A DNA stretch of 64,000 bases from Eledone cirrhosa (taxonomy: Eukaryota): the NCBI GenBank assembly GCA_964016885.1, contig OZ024740.1:318184001-318248000 (forward strand). Direction: 5' to 3'. The position numbers were made by a program, and so were the translations under genes. The notes below the pieces were generated by a model that ran no database searches, was not told the DNA's origin, and saw nothing but the letters and a program-made list of their open reading frames with translations. Positions 44,590-60,229 of this stretch are shown piece after piece; position 1 is the first letter of the stretch, and every line of letters begins with the position of its first letter.

Positions 44590-47500
44590 TAATCCAGGTT
44601 TGTCTCGTCTATTTCCACAACTTACATTCTATCTAACATTCTAACGACTCTACCAATTCGAAGCCTTTTTACTACATTACTCACAACAAATAATTCAGGA
44701 TTGCCCCGTCTATTTCCACAACTTACATTCTACCTGACATTCTAACGACTCTACCAATTCGCTGTCTTTCTACTACAATACTCACAACAAATAATCCAGG
44801 ATTGTCTCGTCTATTTCCACAACTTACATTCTATCTGATATTCTAACGACTCTACCAATTCGAAGTCTTTCTACTACAATACTAACAACAAATAATCCAG
44901 GATTGTCTCTTCTATTTCCACAACTTACATTCTATCTAACATTCTAACAACTCCACAAATTCGAAGTCTTTCTACTACAATACTAACAACACATAATCCA
45001 GGATTGTCTCTTCTATTTCCACAACTTACATTCTATCTGATATTCTAACGACTCTACCAATTCGAATCTTTCTACTACAATACTCACAACAAATAATACA
45101 GGATTGGCTCGTCTATTTCCACAACTTACATTCTATCTGACGTTCTAACGACTCTACCAATTCGCTGTATTTCTACTACAATACTCACAGCAAATAATCC
45201 AGCACTGTTTCGTCTATTTCCACAACTCACATTCTATCTGACATTCTAACGACTCTACCAATTCCTAAGTCTTTCTACTACAATACTCACAACAAATAAT
45301 CCAGGAATATCTCGTCTATTTCCACAACTTACATTCTATCTGACATTGAAACGACTCTATCAATTCGAAGTCTTTCTACTACAATACTAACTTCAAATAA
45401 TCCAGGATTGTCTCGTCTATTTCCACAACTTACATTCTATCTGACATTCTAACGACTCTACCAATTCGAAGTCTTTCTACTACAATACTAATAAAAATAA
45501 TCTAGGATTGTCTCGTCTATTTCCACAACTTACATTCTATCTGCCATTCTAACGACTCTACCAATTCGCTGTCTTTCTACTACAATACTCAACAAATAAT
45601 CCAGGACTGTCTCGTCTATTTCCACAACTTACGTTCTATCTGACATTCTAAAGACTCTAACAATTCGAAGTCTTTCTACTACAATACTCAGAACAAATAA
45701 TCCAGGTTTGTCTCGTCTATTTCCACAACTTACATTCTATGTGACATTCTAACGACACTACCAATTCGAAGCCTTTTTACTACATTACTCACAACAAATA
45801 ATTCAGGATTGTCTCGTCTATTTCCACAAATTACGTTCTATCTGACATTCTAACGACTCTACCAATTCGCTGTCTTTCTACTACAATACTCACAACAAAT
45901 AATCCAGGATTGTCTCGTCTATTTCCACAACTTACATTCTATCTGATATTCTAACGACTCTACCAATTCGAAGTCTTTCTACTACAATACTCACAACAAA
46001 TAATCCAGGATTGTCTCGTCTATTTCCACAACTTACATTCTATCTGATATTCTAACGACTCTACCAATTCGAAGTCTTTCTACTACAATACTAACGACAA
46101 ATAATCCAGGATTGTCTCTTCTATTTCCACAACTTACATTCTATCTGACATTCTAACAACTCTACCAATTCGAAATCTTTCTACTACAATACTCACAACA
46201 AATAATCCAGGATTGTCTCGTCTATTTCCACAACTTACATTCTATCTGATATTGTAACGACTCTACCAATTCGAAGTCTTTCTACTACAATACTAACAAC
46301 AAATAATCCAGGATTGTCTCTTCTATTTCCACAACTTACATTCTATCTGACATTCTAACAACTCTACCAATTAGAAATCTTTCTACTACAATACTCACAA
46401 CAAATAATCCAGGATCGTCTCGTCTATTTCCACAACTTACATTCTATCTGATATTCTAACGACTCTACCAATTCGAAGTCTTTCTACTACAATACTAACA
46501 ACAAATAATCCAGGATTGTCTCGTCTATTTCCACAACTTACGTTCTATCTGACATTCTAACAACTCTACCAATTCGAAGTCTTTCTACTACAATACTCAC
46601 AACAAATAATACAGGATTGGCTCGTCTATTTCCACAACTTACATTCTATCTGACATTCTAACGACTCTACCAATTCGCTGTATTCCTACTACAATACTCA
46701 CATCAAATAATCCAGGATTGTCTCGTTTATTTCCACAACATACATTCTATCTGACATTCTAACGACTCTACCAATTCGCTGTCTTTCTACTACAATACTC
46801 AACAAATAATCCAGGACTGTCTCGTGTATTTCCACAACTTACGTTCAATCTGACATTCTAAAGACTCTAACAATTCGAAGTCTTTCTACTACAATACTCA
46901 GAAAAAATAATCCAGGATTGCCCCGTCTATTTCCACAACTTACGTTCTACCTGACATTCTAACGACTCTACCAATTCGCTGTCTTTCTACTACAATACTC
47001 ACAACAAATAATCCAGGATTGTCTCGTCTATTTCCACAACTTACATTCTATCTGATATTCTAACGACTCTACCAATTCGAAGTCTTTCTACTACAATACT
47101 AACAACAAATAATCCAGGATTGTCTCTTCTATTTCCACAACTTACATTCTATCTAACATTCTAACAACTCCACCAATTCGAAATCTTTCTACTACAATAC
47201 TCACAACAAATAATCCAGGTTTGTCTCGTCTATTTCCACAACTTACATTCTATATGACATTCTAACGACTCTACCAATTCGAAGCCTTTTTACTACATTA
47301 CTCACAACAAATAATTCAGGATTGTCTCGTCTATTTCCACAAATTACGTTCTATCTGACATTCTAACGACTCTACCAATTCGCTGTCTTTCTACTACAAT
47401 ACTCACAACAAATAATCCAGGATTGTCTCGTCTATTTCCACAACTTACATTCTATCTGATATTCTAACGACTCTACCAATTCGAAGTCTTTCTACTACAA

Positions 47501-50500
47501 TACTCACAACAAATAATCCAGGATTGTCTCGTCTATTTCCACAACTTACATTCTATCTGATATTCTAACGACTCTACCAATTCGAAGTCTTTCTACTACA
47601 ATACTAACGACAAATAATCCAGGATTGTCTCTTCTATTTCCACAACTTACATTCTATCTGACATTCTAACAACTCTACCAATTCGAAATCATTCTACTAC
47701 AATACTCACAACAAATAATCCAGGATTGTCTCGTCTATTTCCACAACTTACATTCTATCTGATATTGTAACGACTCTACCAATTCGAAGTCTTTCTACTA
47801 CAATACTAACAACAAATAATACAGGATTGTCTCTTCTATTTCCACAACTTACATTCTATCTGACATTCTAACAACTCTACCAATTAGAAATCTTTCTACT
47901 ACAATACTCACAACAAATAATCCAGGATCGTCTCGTCTATTTCCACAACTTACATTCTATCTGATATTCTAACGACTCTACCAATTCGAAGTCTTTCTAC
48001 TACAATACTAACAACAAATAATCCAGGATTGTCTCGTCTATTTCCACAACTTACGTTCTATCTGACATTCTAACAACTCTACCAATTCGAAGTCTTTCTA
48101 CTACAATACTCACAACAAATAATACAGGATTGGCTCGTCTATTTCCACAACTTACATTCTATCTGACATTCTAACGACTCTACCAATTCGCTGTATTCCT
48201 ACTACAATACTCACATCAAATAATCCAGGATTGTCTCGTTTATTTCCACAACATACATTCTATCTGACATTCTAACGACTCTACCAATTCGCTGTCTTTC
48301 TACTACAATACTCAACAAATAATCCAGGACTGTCTCGTGTATTTCCACAACTTACGTTCTATCTGACATTCTAAAGACTCTAACAATTCGAAGTCTTTCT
48401 ACTACAATACTCAGAAAAAATAATCCAGGATTGCCCCGTCTATTTCCACAACTTACGTTCTACCTGACATTCTAACGACTCTACCAATTCGCTGTCTTTC
48501 TACTACAATACTCACAACAAATAATCCAGGATTGTCTCGTCTATTTCCACAACTTACATTCTATCTGATATTCTAACGACTCTACCAATTCGAAGTCTTT
48601 CTACTACAATACTAACAACAAATAATCCAGGATTGTCTCTTCTATTTCCACAACTTACATTCTATCTAACATTCTAACAACTCCACCAATTCGAAATCTT
48701 TCTACTACAATACTCACAACAAATCATCCAGGATTGTCTCGTCTATTTCCACAACTTACATTCTATCTGATATTCTAACGACTCTACCAATTCGAAGTCT
48801 TTCTACTACAATACTCACAACAAATAATCCAGGATTGTCTCGTCTATTTCCACAACTTACATTCTATCTGATATTCTAACGACTCTACCAATTCGAAGTC
48901 TTTCTACTACAATACTCACAACAAATCATCCAGGATTGTCTCGTCTATTTCCACAACTTGCATTCTATCTGACATTCTAACGACTCTACCAATTCGAAGT
49001 CTTTCTACTACAATACTCACAACAAATAATCCAGTATTGTCTCGTCTATTTCCACAAATTACATTCTATCTGACATTCTAACGACTCTACCAATTCGCTG
49101 TCTTTCTACTACAATACTCAACAAATAATCCAGGACTGTCTCGTCTATTTCCACAACTTACGTTCTATCTGACATTCTAAAGACTCTAACAATTCGAAGT
49201 TTTTCTACTACAATACTCAGAACAAATAATCCAGGTTTGTCTCGTCTATTTCCACAACTTACATTCTATCTAACATTCTAACGACTCTACCAATTCGAAG
49301 CCTTTTTACTACATTACTCACAACAAATAATTCAGGATTGCCCCGTCTATTTCCACAACTTACATTCTACCTGACATTCTAACGACTCTACCAATTCGCT
49401 GTCTTTCTACTACAATACTCACAACAAATAATCCAGGATTGTCTCGTCTATTTCCACAACTTACATTCTATCTGATATTCTAACGACTCTACCAATTCGA
49501 AGTCTTTCTACTACAATACTAACAACAAATAATCCAGGATTGTCTCTTCTATTTCCACAACTTACATTCTATCTAACATTCTAACAACTCCACCAATTCG
49601 AAATCTTTCTACTACAATACTCACAACAAATAATCCAGGATTGTCTCGTCTATTTCCACAACTTACATTCTATCTGATATTGTAACGACTCTACCAATTC
49701 GAAGTCTTTCTACTACAATACTAACAACAAATAATCCAGGATTGTCTCTTCTATTTCCACAACTTACATTCTATCTAACATTCTAACAACTCCACCAATT
49801 CGAAATCTTTTTACTACAATACTCACAACAAATCATCCAGGATTGTCTCGTCTATTTCCACAACTTACGTTCTACCTGACATTCTAACGACTCTACCAAT
49901 TCGCTGTCTTTCTACTACAATACTCACAACAAATAATCCAGGATTGTCTCGTCTATTTCCACAACTTACATTCTATCTGATATTCTAACGACTCTACCAA
50001 TTCGAAGTCTTTCTACTACAATACTAACAACAAATAATCCAGGTTTGTCTCGTCTATTTCCACAACTTACATTCTATCTAACATTCTAACGACTCTACCA
50101 ATTCGAAGCCTTTTTACTACATTACTCACAACAAATAATTCAGGATTGCCCCGTCTATTTCCACAACTTACATTCTACCTGACATTCTAACGACTCTACC
50201 AATTCGCTGTCTTTCTACTACAATACTCACAACAAATAATCCAGGATTGTCTCGTCTATTTCCACAACTTACATTCTATCTGATATTCTAACGACTCTAC
50301 CAATTCGAAGTCTTTCTACTACAATACTAACAACAAATAATCCAGGATTGTCTCTTCTATTTCCACAACTTACATTCTATCTAACATTCTAACAACTCCA
50401 CCAATTCGAAGTCTTTCTACTACAATACTAACAACACATAATCCAGGATTGTCTCTTCTATTTCCACAACTTACATTCTATCTGATATTCTAACGACTCT

Positions 50501-53500
50501 ACCAATTCGAATCTTTCTACTACAATACTCACAACAAATAATACAGGATTGGCTCGTCTATTTCCACAACTTACATTCTATCTGACGTTCTAACGACTCT
50601 ACCAATTCGCTGTATTTCTACTACAATACTCACAGCAAATAATCCAGCACTGTTTCGTCTATTTCCACAACTCACATTCTATCTGACATTCTAACGACTC
50701 TACCAATTCCTAAGTCTTTCTACTACAATACTCACAACAAATAATCCAGGAATATCTCGTCTATTTCCACAACTTACATTCTATCTGACATTGAAACGAC
50801 TCTATCAATTCGAAGTCTTTCTACTACAATACTAACTTCAAATAATCCAGGATTGTCTCGTCTATTTCCACAACTTACATTCTATCTGACATTCTAACGA
50901 CTCTACCAATTCGAAGTCTTTCTACTACAATACTAATAAAAATAATCTAGGATTGTCTCGTCTATTTCCACAACTTACATTCTATCTGCCATTCTAACGA
51001 CTCTACCAATTCGCTGTCTTTCTACTACAATACTCAACAAATAATCCAGGACTGTCTCGTCTATTTCCACAACTTACGTTCTATCTGACATTCTAAAGAC
51101 TCTAACAATTCGAAGTCTTTCTACTACAATACTCAGAACAAATAATCCAGGTTTGTCTCGTCTATTTCCACAACTTACATTCTATGTGACATTCTAACGA
51201 CTCTACCAATTCGAAGCCTTTTTACTACATTACTCACAACAAATAATTCAGGATTGTCTCGTCTATTTCCACAAATTACGTTCTATCTGACATTCTAACG
51301 ACTCTACCAATTCGCTGTCTTTCTACTACAATACTCACAACAAATAATCCAGGATTGTCTCGTCTATTTCCACAACTTACATTCTATCTGATATTCTAAC
51401 GACTCTACCAATTCGAAGTCTTTCTACTACAATACTCACAACAAATAATCCAGGATTGTCTCGTCTATTTCCACAACTTACATTCTATCTGATATTCTAA
51501 CGACTCTACCAATTCGAAGTCTTTCTACTACAATACTAACGACAAATAATCCAGGATTGTCTCTTCTATTTCCACAACTTACATTCTATCTGACATTCTA
51601 ACAACTCTACCAATTCGAAATCTTTCTACTACAATACTCACAACAAATAATCCAGGATTGTCTCGTCTATTTCCACAACTTACATTCTATCTGATATTGT
51701 AACGACTCTACCAATTCGAAGTCTTTCTACTATAATACTAACAACAAATAATCCAGGATTGTCTCTTCTATTTCCACAACTTACATTCTATCTGACATTC
51801 TAACAACTCTACCAATTAGAAATCTTTCTACTACAATACTCACAACAAATAATCCAGGATCGTCTCGTCTATTTCCACAACTTACATTCTATCTGATATT
51901 CTAACGACTCTACCAATTCGAAGTCTTTCTACTACAATACTAACAACAAATAATCCAGGATTGTCTCGTCTATTTCCACAACTTACGTTCTATCTGACAT
52001 TCTAACAACTCTACCAATTCGAAGTCTTTCTACTACAATACTCACAACAAATAATACAGGATTGGCTCGTCTATTTCCACAACTTACATTCTATCTGACA
52101 TTCTAACGACTCTACCAATTCGCTGTATTCCTACTACAATACTCACATCAAATAATCCAGGATTGTCTCGTTTATTTCCACAACATACATTCTATCTGAC
52201 ATTCTAACGACTCTACCAATTCGCTGTCTTTCTACTACAATACTCAACAAATAATCCAGGACTGTCTCGTGTATTTCCACAACTTACGTTCAATCTGACA
52301 TTCTAAAGACTCTAACAATTCGAAGTCTTTCTACTACAATACTCAGAAAAAATAATCCAGGATTGCCCCGTCTATTTCCACAACTTACGTTCTACCTGAC
52401 ATTCTAACGACTCTACCAATTCGCTGTCTTTCTACTACAATACTCACAACAAATAATCCAGGATTGTCTCGTCTATTTCCACAACTTACATTCTATCTGA
52501 TATTCTAACGACTCTACCAATTCGAAGTCTTTCTACTACAATACTAACAACAAATAATCCAGGATTGTCTCTTCTATTTCCACAACTTACATTCTATCTA
52601 ACATTCTAACAACTCCACCAATTCGAAATCTTTCTACTACAATACTCACAACAAATAATCCAGGTTTGTCTCGTCTATTTCCACAACTTACATTCTATAT
52701 GACATTCTAACGACTCTACCAATTCGAAGCCTTTTTACTACATTACTCACAACAAATAATTCAGGATTGTCTCGTCTATTTCCACAAATTACGTTCTATC
52801 TGACATTCTAACGACTCTACCAATTCGCTGTCTTTCTACTACAATACTCACAACAAATAATCCAGGATTGTCTCGTCTATTTCCACAACTTACATTCTAT
52901 CTGATATTCTAACGACTCTACCAATTCGAAGTCTTTCTACTACAATACTCACAACAAATAATCCAGGATTGTCTCGTCTATTTCCACAACTTACATTCTA
53001 TCTGATATTCTAACGACTCTACCAATTCGAAGTCTTTCTACTACAATACTAACGACAAATAATCCAGGATTGTCTCTTCTATTTCCACAACTTACATTCT
53101 ATCTGACATTCTAACAACTCTACCAATTCGAAATCATTCTACTACAATACTCACAACAAATAATCCAGGATTGTCTCGTCTATTTCCACAACTTACATTC
53201 TATCTGATATTGTAACGACTCTACCAATTCGAAGTCTTTCTACTACAATACTAACAACAAATAATACAGGATTGTCTCTTCTATTTCCACAACTTACATT
53301 CTATCTGACATTCTAACAACTCTACCAATTAGAAATCTTTCTACTACAATACTCACAACAAATAATCCAGGATCGTCTCGTCTATTTCCACAACTTACAT
53401 TCTATCTGATATTCTAACGACTCTACCAATTCGAAGTCTTTCTACTACAATACTAACAACAAATAATCCAGGATTGTCTCGTCTATTTCCACAACTTACG

Positions 53501-54540
53501 TTCTATCTGACATTCTAACAACTCTACCAATTCGAAGTCTTTCTACTACAATACTCACAACAAATAATACAGGATTGGCTCGTCTATTTCCACAACTTAC
53601 ATTCTATCTGACATTCTAACGACTCTACCAATTCGCTGTATTCCTACTACAATACTCACATCAAATAATCCAGGATTGTCTCGTTTATTTCCACAACATA
53701 CATTCTATCTGACATTCTAACGACTCTACCAATTCGCTGTCTTTCTACTACAATACTCAACAAATAATCCAGGACTGTCTCGTGTATTTCCACAACTTAC
53801 GTTCTATCTGACATTCTAAAGACTCTAACAATTCGAAGTCTTTCTACTACAATACTCAGAAAAAATAATCCAGGATTGCCCCGTCTATTTCCACAACTTA
53901 CGTTCTACCTGACATTCTAACGACTCTACCAATTCGCTGTCTTTCTACTACAATACTCACAACAAATAATCCAGGATTGTCTCGTCTATTTCCACAACTT
54001 ACATTCTATCTGATATTCTAACGACTCTACCAATTCGAAGTCTTTCTACTACAATACTAACAACAAATAATCCAGGATTGTCTCTTCTATTTCCACAACT
54101 TACATTCTATCTAACATTCTAACAACTCCACCAATTCGAAATCTTTCTACTACAATACTCACAACAAATCATCCAGGATTGTCTCGTCTATTTCCACAAC
54201 TTACATTCTATCTGATATTCTAACGACTCTACCAATTCGAAGTCTTTCTACTACAATACTCACAACAAATAATCCAGGATTGTCTCGTCTATTTCCACAA
54301 CTTACATTCTATCTGATATTCTAACGACTCTACCAATTCGAAGTCTTTCTACTACAATACTCACAACAAATCATCCAGGATTGTCTCGTCTATTTCCACA
54401 ACTTGCATTCTATCTGACATTCTAACGACTCTACCAATTCGAAGTCTTTCTACTACAATACTCACAACAAATAATCCAGTATTGTCTCGTCTATTTCCAC
54501 AAATTACATTCTATCTGACATTCTAACGACTCTACCAATT
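44590..54540. repeat. Recent tandem duplication with a 5445-bp period (about 54 monomers)
   Basis: acataat at 44991/50436, attcctaagt at 45261/50706, tatgtgac at 45741/51186, cgctgtattcc at 46676/52121 and 48189/53634, tatatgac at 47251/52696 and ccagtatt at 49031/54476 are all offset by 5445. Confidence 0.93.
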
Positions 54541-57500
54541 CGAAGCCTTTTTACTACATTACTCACAACAAATAATTCAGGATTGCCCCGTCTATTTCCA
54601 CAACTTACATTCTACCTGACATTCTAACGACTCTACCAATTCGCTGTCTTTCTACTACAATACTCACAACAAATAATCCAGGATTGTCTCGTCTATTTCC
54701 ACAACTTACATTCTATCTGATATTCTAACGACTCTACCAATTCGAAGTCTTTCTACTACAATACTAACAACAAATAATCCAGGATTGTCTCTTCTATTTC
54801 CACAACTTACATTCTATCTAACATTCTAACAACTCCACCAATTCGAAATCTTTCTACTACAATACTCACAACAAATCATCCAGGATTGTCTCGTCTATTT
54901 CCACAACTTACATTCTATCTGATATTCTAACGACTCTACCAATTCGAAGTCTTTCTACTACAATACTAACAACAAATAATCCAGGATTGTCTCTTCTATT
55001 TCCACAACTTACATTCTATCTGATATTCTAACGACTCTACCAATTCGAATCTTTCTACTACAATACTCACAACAAATAATACAGGATTGGCTCGTCTATT
55101 TCCACAACTTACATTCTATCTGACGTTCTAACGACTCTACCAATTCGCTGTATTTCTACTACAATACTCACAATAAATAATCCAGCACTGTTTCGTCTAT
55201 TTCCACAACTCACATTCTATCTGACATTCTAACGACTCTACCAATTCGAAGTCTTTCTACTACAATACTCACAACAAATAATCCAGGAATATCTCGTCTA
55301 TTTCCACAACTTACATTCTATCTGACTTTGAAAGACTCTATCAATTCGAAGTCTTTCTACTACAATACTAACTTCAAATAATCCAGGATTGTCTCGTCTA
55401 TTTCCACAACTTACATTCTATCTGACATTCTAACGACTCTACCAATTCGAAGTCTTTCTACTACAATACTAATAAAAATAATCTAGGATTGTCTCGTCTA
55501 TTTCCACAACTTACATTCTATCTGCCATTCTAACGACTCTACCAATTCGCTGTCTTTCTACTACAATACTCAACAAATAATCCAGGACTGTCTCGTCTAT
55601 TTCCACAACTTACGTTCTATCTGACATTCTAAAGACTCTAACAATTCGAAGTCTTTCTTCTACAATACTCAGAACAAATAATCCAGGTTTGTCTCGTCTA
55701 TTTCCACAACTTACATTCTATCTAACATTCTAACGACTCTACCAATTCGAAGCCTTTTTACTACATTACTCACAACACATAATTCAGGATTGTCTCGTCT
55801 ATTTCCACAAATTACGTTCTATCTGACATTCTAACGACTCTACCAATTCGCTGTCTTTCTACTACAATACTCGCAACAAATAATCCAGGATTGTCTCGTC
55901 TATTTCCACAACTTACATTCTATCTGATATTCTAACGACTCTACCAATTCGAAGTCTTTCTACTACAATACTAACAACAAATAATCCAGGATTGTCTCTT
56001 CTATTTCCACAACTTACATTCTATCTGACATTCTAACGACTCTACCAATTCGCTGTATTTCTACTACAATACTCACATCAAATAATCCAGGATTGTCTCG
56101 TCTATTTCCGCAACATACATTCTATCTGACATTCTAACGACTCTACCAATTCGCTGTCTTTCTACTACAATACTCAACAAATAATCCAGGACTGTCTCGT
56201 CTATTTCCACAACTTACGTTCTATCTGACATTCTAAAGACTCTAACAATTAGAAGTCTTTCTACTACAATACTCAGAACAAATAATCCAGGTTTGTCTCG
56301 TCTATTTCCACAACTTACATTCTATCTAACATTCTAACGACTCAACCAATTCGAAGCCTTTTTACTACATTACTCACAACAAATAATTCAGGATTGCCCC
56401 GTCTATTTCCACAACTTACATTCTACCTGACATTCTAACGACTCGACCAATTCGCTGTCTTTCTACTACAATGCTCACAACAAATAATCCAGGATTGTCT
56501 CGTCTATTTCCACAACTTACATTCTATCTGATATTCTAACGACTCTACCAATTCGAAGTCTTTCTACTACAATACTCACAACAAATAATCCAGGATTGTC
56601 TCTTCTATTTCCACAACTTACATTCTATCTAACATTCTAACAACTCCACCAATTCGAAATCTTTCTACTACAATACTCACAACAAATCATCCAGGATTGT
56701 CTCGTCTATTTCCACAACTTACATTCTATCTGATATTCTAACAACTCTACCAATCCGAAGTCTTTCTACTACAATACTCACAACAAATAATCCAGGATTG
56801 TCTCGTCTATTTCCACAACTTGCATTCTATCTGACATTCTAACAACTCCACCAATTCGAAATCTTTCTACTACAATACTCACAACAAATCATCCAGGATT
56901 GTCTCGTCTATTTCCACAACTTACATTCTATCTGATATTCTAACGACTCTACCAATTCGAAGTCTTTCTACTACAATACTCACAACAAATAATCCAGGAT
57001 TGTCTCGTCTATTTCCACAACTTACATTCTATCTGATATTCTAACGACTCTACCAATTCGAAGTCTTTCTACTACAATACTCACAACAAATAATCCAGGA
57101 TTGTCTCGTCTATTTCCACAACTTGCATTCTATCTGACATTCTAACGACTCTACCAATTCGAAGTCTTTCTACTACAATACTCACAACAAATAATCCAGG
57201 ATTGTCTCGTCTATTTCCACAAATTACATTCTATCTGACATTCTAACGACTCTACCAATTCGCTGTCTTTCTACTACAATACTCAACAAATAATCCAGGA
57301 CTGTCTCGTCTATTTCCACAACTTACGTTCTATCTGACATTCTAAAGACTCTAACAATTCGAAGTTTTTCTACTACAATACTCAGAACAAATAATCCAGG
57401 TTTGTCTCGTCTATTTCCACAACTTACATTCTATCTAACATTCTAACGACTCTACCAATTCGAAGCCTTTTTACTACATTACTCACAACAAATAATTCAG

Positions 57501-60229
57501 GATTGCCCCGTCTATTTCCACAACTTACATTCTACCTGACATTCTAACGACTCTACCAATTCGCTGTCTTTCTACTACAATACTCACAACAAATAATCCA
57601 GGATTGTCTCGTCTATTTCCACAACTTACATTCTATCTGATATTCTAACGACTCTACCAATTCTAAGTCTATCTACTACAATACTAACAACAAATAATCC
57701 AGGATTGTCTCTTCTATTTCCACAACTTACATTCTATCTAACATTCTAACAACTCCACCAATTCGAAATCTTTCTACTACAATACTCACAACACATCATC
57801 CAGGATTGTCTCGTCTATTTCCACAACTTACATTCTATCTGATATTCTAACGACTCTACCAATTCGAAGTCTTTCTACTACAATACTAACAACAAATAAT
57901 CCAGGATTGTCTCTTCTATTTCCACAACTTACATTCTATCTGATATTCTAACGACTCTACCAATTCGAATCTTTCTACTACAATACTCACAACAAATAAT
58001 ACAGGATTGGCTCGTCTATTTCCACAACTTACATTCTATCTGACGTTCTAACGACTCTACCAATTCGCTGTATTTCTACTACAATACTCACAACAAATAA
58101 TCCAGCACTGTTTCGTCTATTTCCACAACTCACATTCTATCTGACATTCTAACGGCTCTACCAATTCGAAGTCTTTCTACTACAATACTCACAACAAATA
58201 ATCCAGGAATATCTCGTCTATTTCCACAACTTACATTCTATCTGACTTTGAAACGACTCTATCAATTCGAAGTCTTTCTACTACAATACTAACTTCAAAT
58301 AATCCAGGATTGTCTCGTCTATTTCCACAACTTACATTCTATCTGACATTCTAACGACTCTACCAATTCGAAGTCTTTCTACTACAATACTAATAAAAAT
58401 AATCTAGGATTGTCTCGTCTATTTCCACAACTTACATTCTATCTGCCATTCTAACGACTCTACCAATTCGCTGTCTTTCTACTACAATACTCAACAAATA
58501 ATCCAGGATTGTCTCGTCTATTTCCACAACTTACATTCTATCTGATATTCTAACGACTCTACCAATTCGAAGTCTTTCTACTACAATACTAACAACAAAT
58601 AATCCAGGATTGTCTCTTCTATTTCCACAACTTACATTCTATCTGACATTCTAACGACTCTACCAATTCGCTGTATTTCTACTACAATACTCACATCAAA
58701 TAATCCAGGATTGTCTCGTCTATTTCCGCAACATACATTCTATCTAACATTCTAACGACTCAACCAATTCGAAGCCTTTTTACTACATTACTCACAACAA
58801 ATAATTCAGGATTGCCCCGTCTATTTCCACAACTTACATTCTACCTGACATTCTAACGACTCTACCAATTCGCTGTCTTTCTACTACAATGCTCACAACA
58901 AATAATCCAGGATTGTCTCGTCTATTTCCACAACTTACATTCTATCTGATATTCTAACGACTCTACCAATTCGAAGTCTTTCTACTACAATACTCACAAC
59001 AAATAATCCAGGATTGTCTCTTCTATTTCCACAACTTTCATTCTATCTAACATTCTAACAACTCCACCAATTCGAAATCTTTCTACTACAATACTCACAA
59101 CAAATCATCCAGGATAGTCTCGTCTATTTCCACAACTTACATTCTATCTGATATTCTAACGACTCTACCAATTCGCTGTCTTTCTACTACAATACTCACA
59201 ACAAATAATCCAGGATTGTCTCGTCTATTTCCACAACTTGCATTCTATCTGACATTCTAACGACTCTACCAATTCGAAGTCTTTCTACTACAATACTCAC
59301 AACAAATAATCCAGGATTGTCTCGTCTATTTCCACAAATTACTTTCTATCTGTCATTCTAACGACTCTACCAATTCGCTGTCTTTCTACTACAATACTCA
59401 CAACAAATAATCCAGGATTGTCTCGTCTATTTCCACAACTTACATTCTATCTGATATTCTAACGACTCTACCAATTCGAAGTCTTTCTACTACAATACTC
59501 ACAACAAATAATCCAGGATTGTCTCGTCTATTTCCACAACTTGCATTCTATCTGACATTCTAACGACTCTACCAATTCGAAGTCTTTCTACAACAATACT
59601 CACAACAAATAATCCAGGATTGTCTCGTCTATTTCCACAAATTACATTCTATCTGACATTCTAACGACTCTACCAATTCGCTGTCTTTCTACTACAATAC
59701 TCAACAAATAATCCAGGACTGTCTCGTTTATTTCCACAACTTACGTTCTATCTGACATTCTAAAGACTCTAACAATTCGAAGTTTTTCTACTACAATACT
59801 CAGGACAAATAATCCAGGTTTGTCTCGTCTATTTCCACAACTTACATTCTACCTGACATTCTAACGACTCTACCAATTCGCTGTCTTTCTACTACAATAC
59901 TCACAACAAATAATCCAGGATTGTCTCGTCTATTTCCACAACTTACATTCTATCTGATATTCTAACTACTCTACCAATTCGAAGTCTTTCTACTACAATA
60001 CTAACAACAAATAATCCAGGATTGTCTCTTCTATTTCCACAACTTACATTCTATCTAACGTTCTAACAACTCCACCAATTCGAAATCTTTCTACTACAAT
60101 ACTCACAACAAATCATCCAGGATTGTCTCGTCTATTTCCACAACTTACATTCTATCTGATATTCTAACGACTCTACCAATCCGAAGTCTTTCTACTACAA
60201 TACTCACAACAAATAATCCAGGATTGTCT

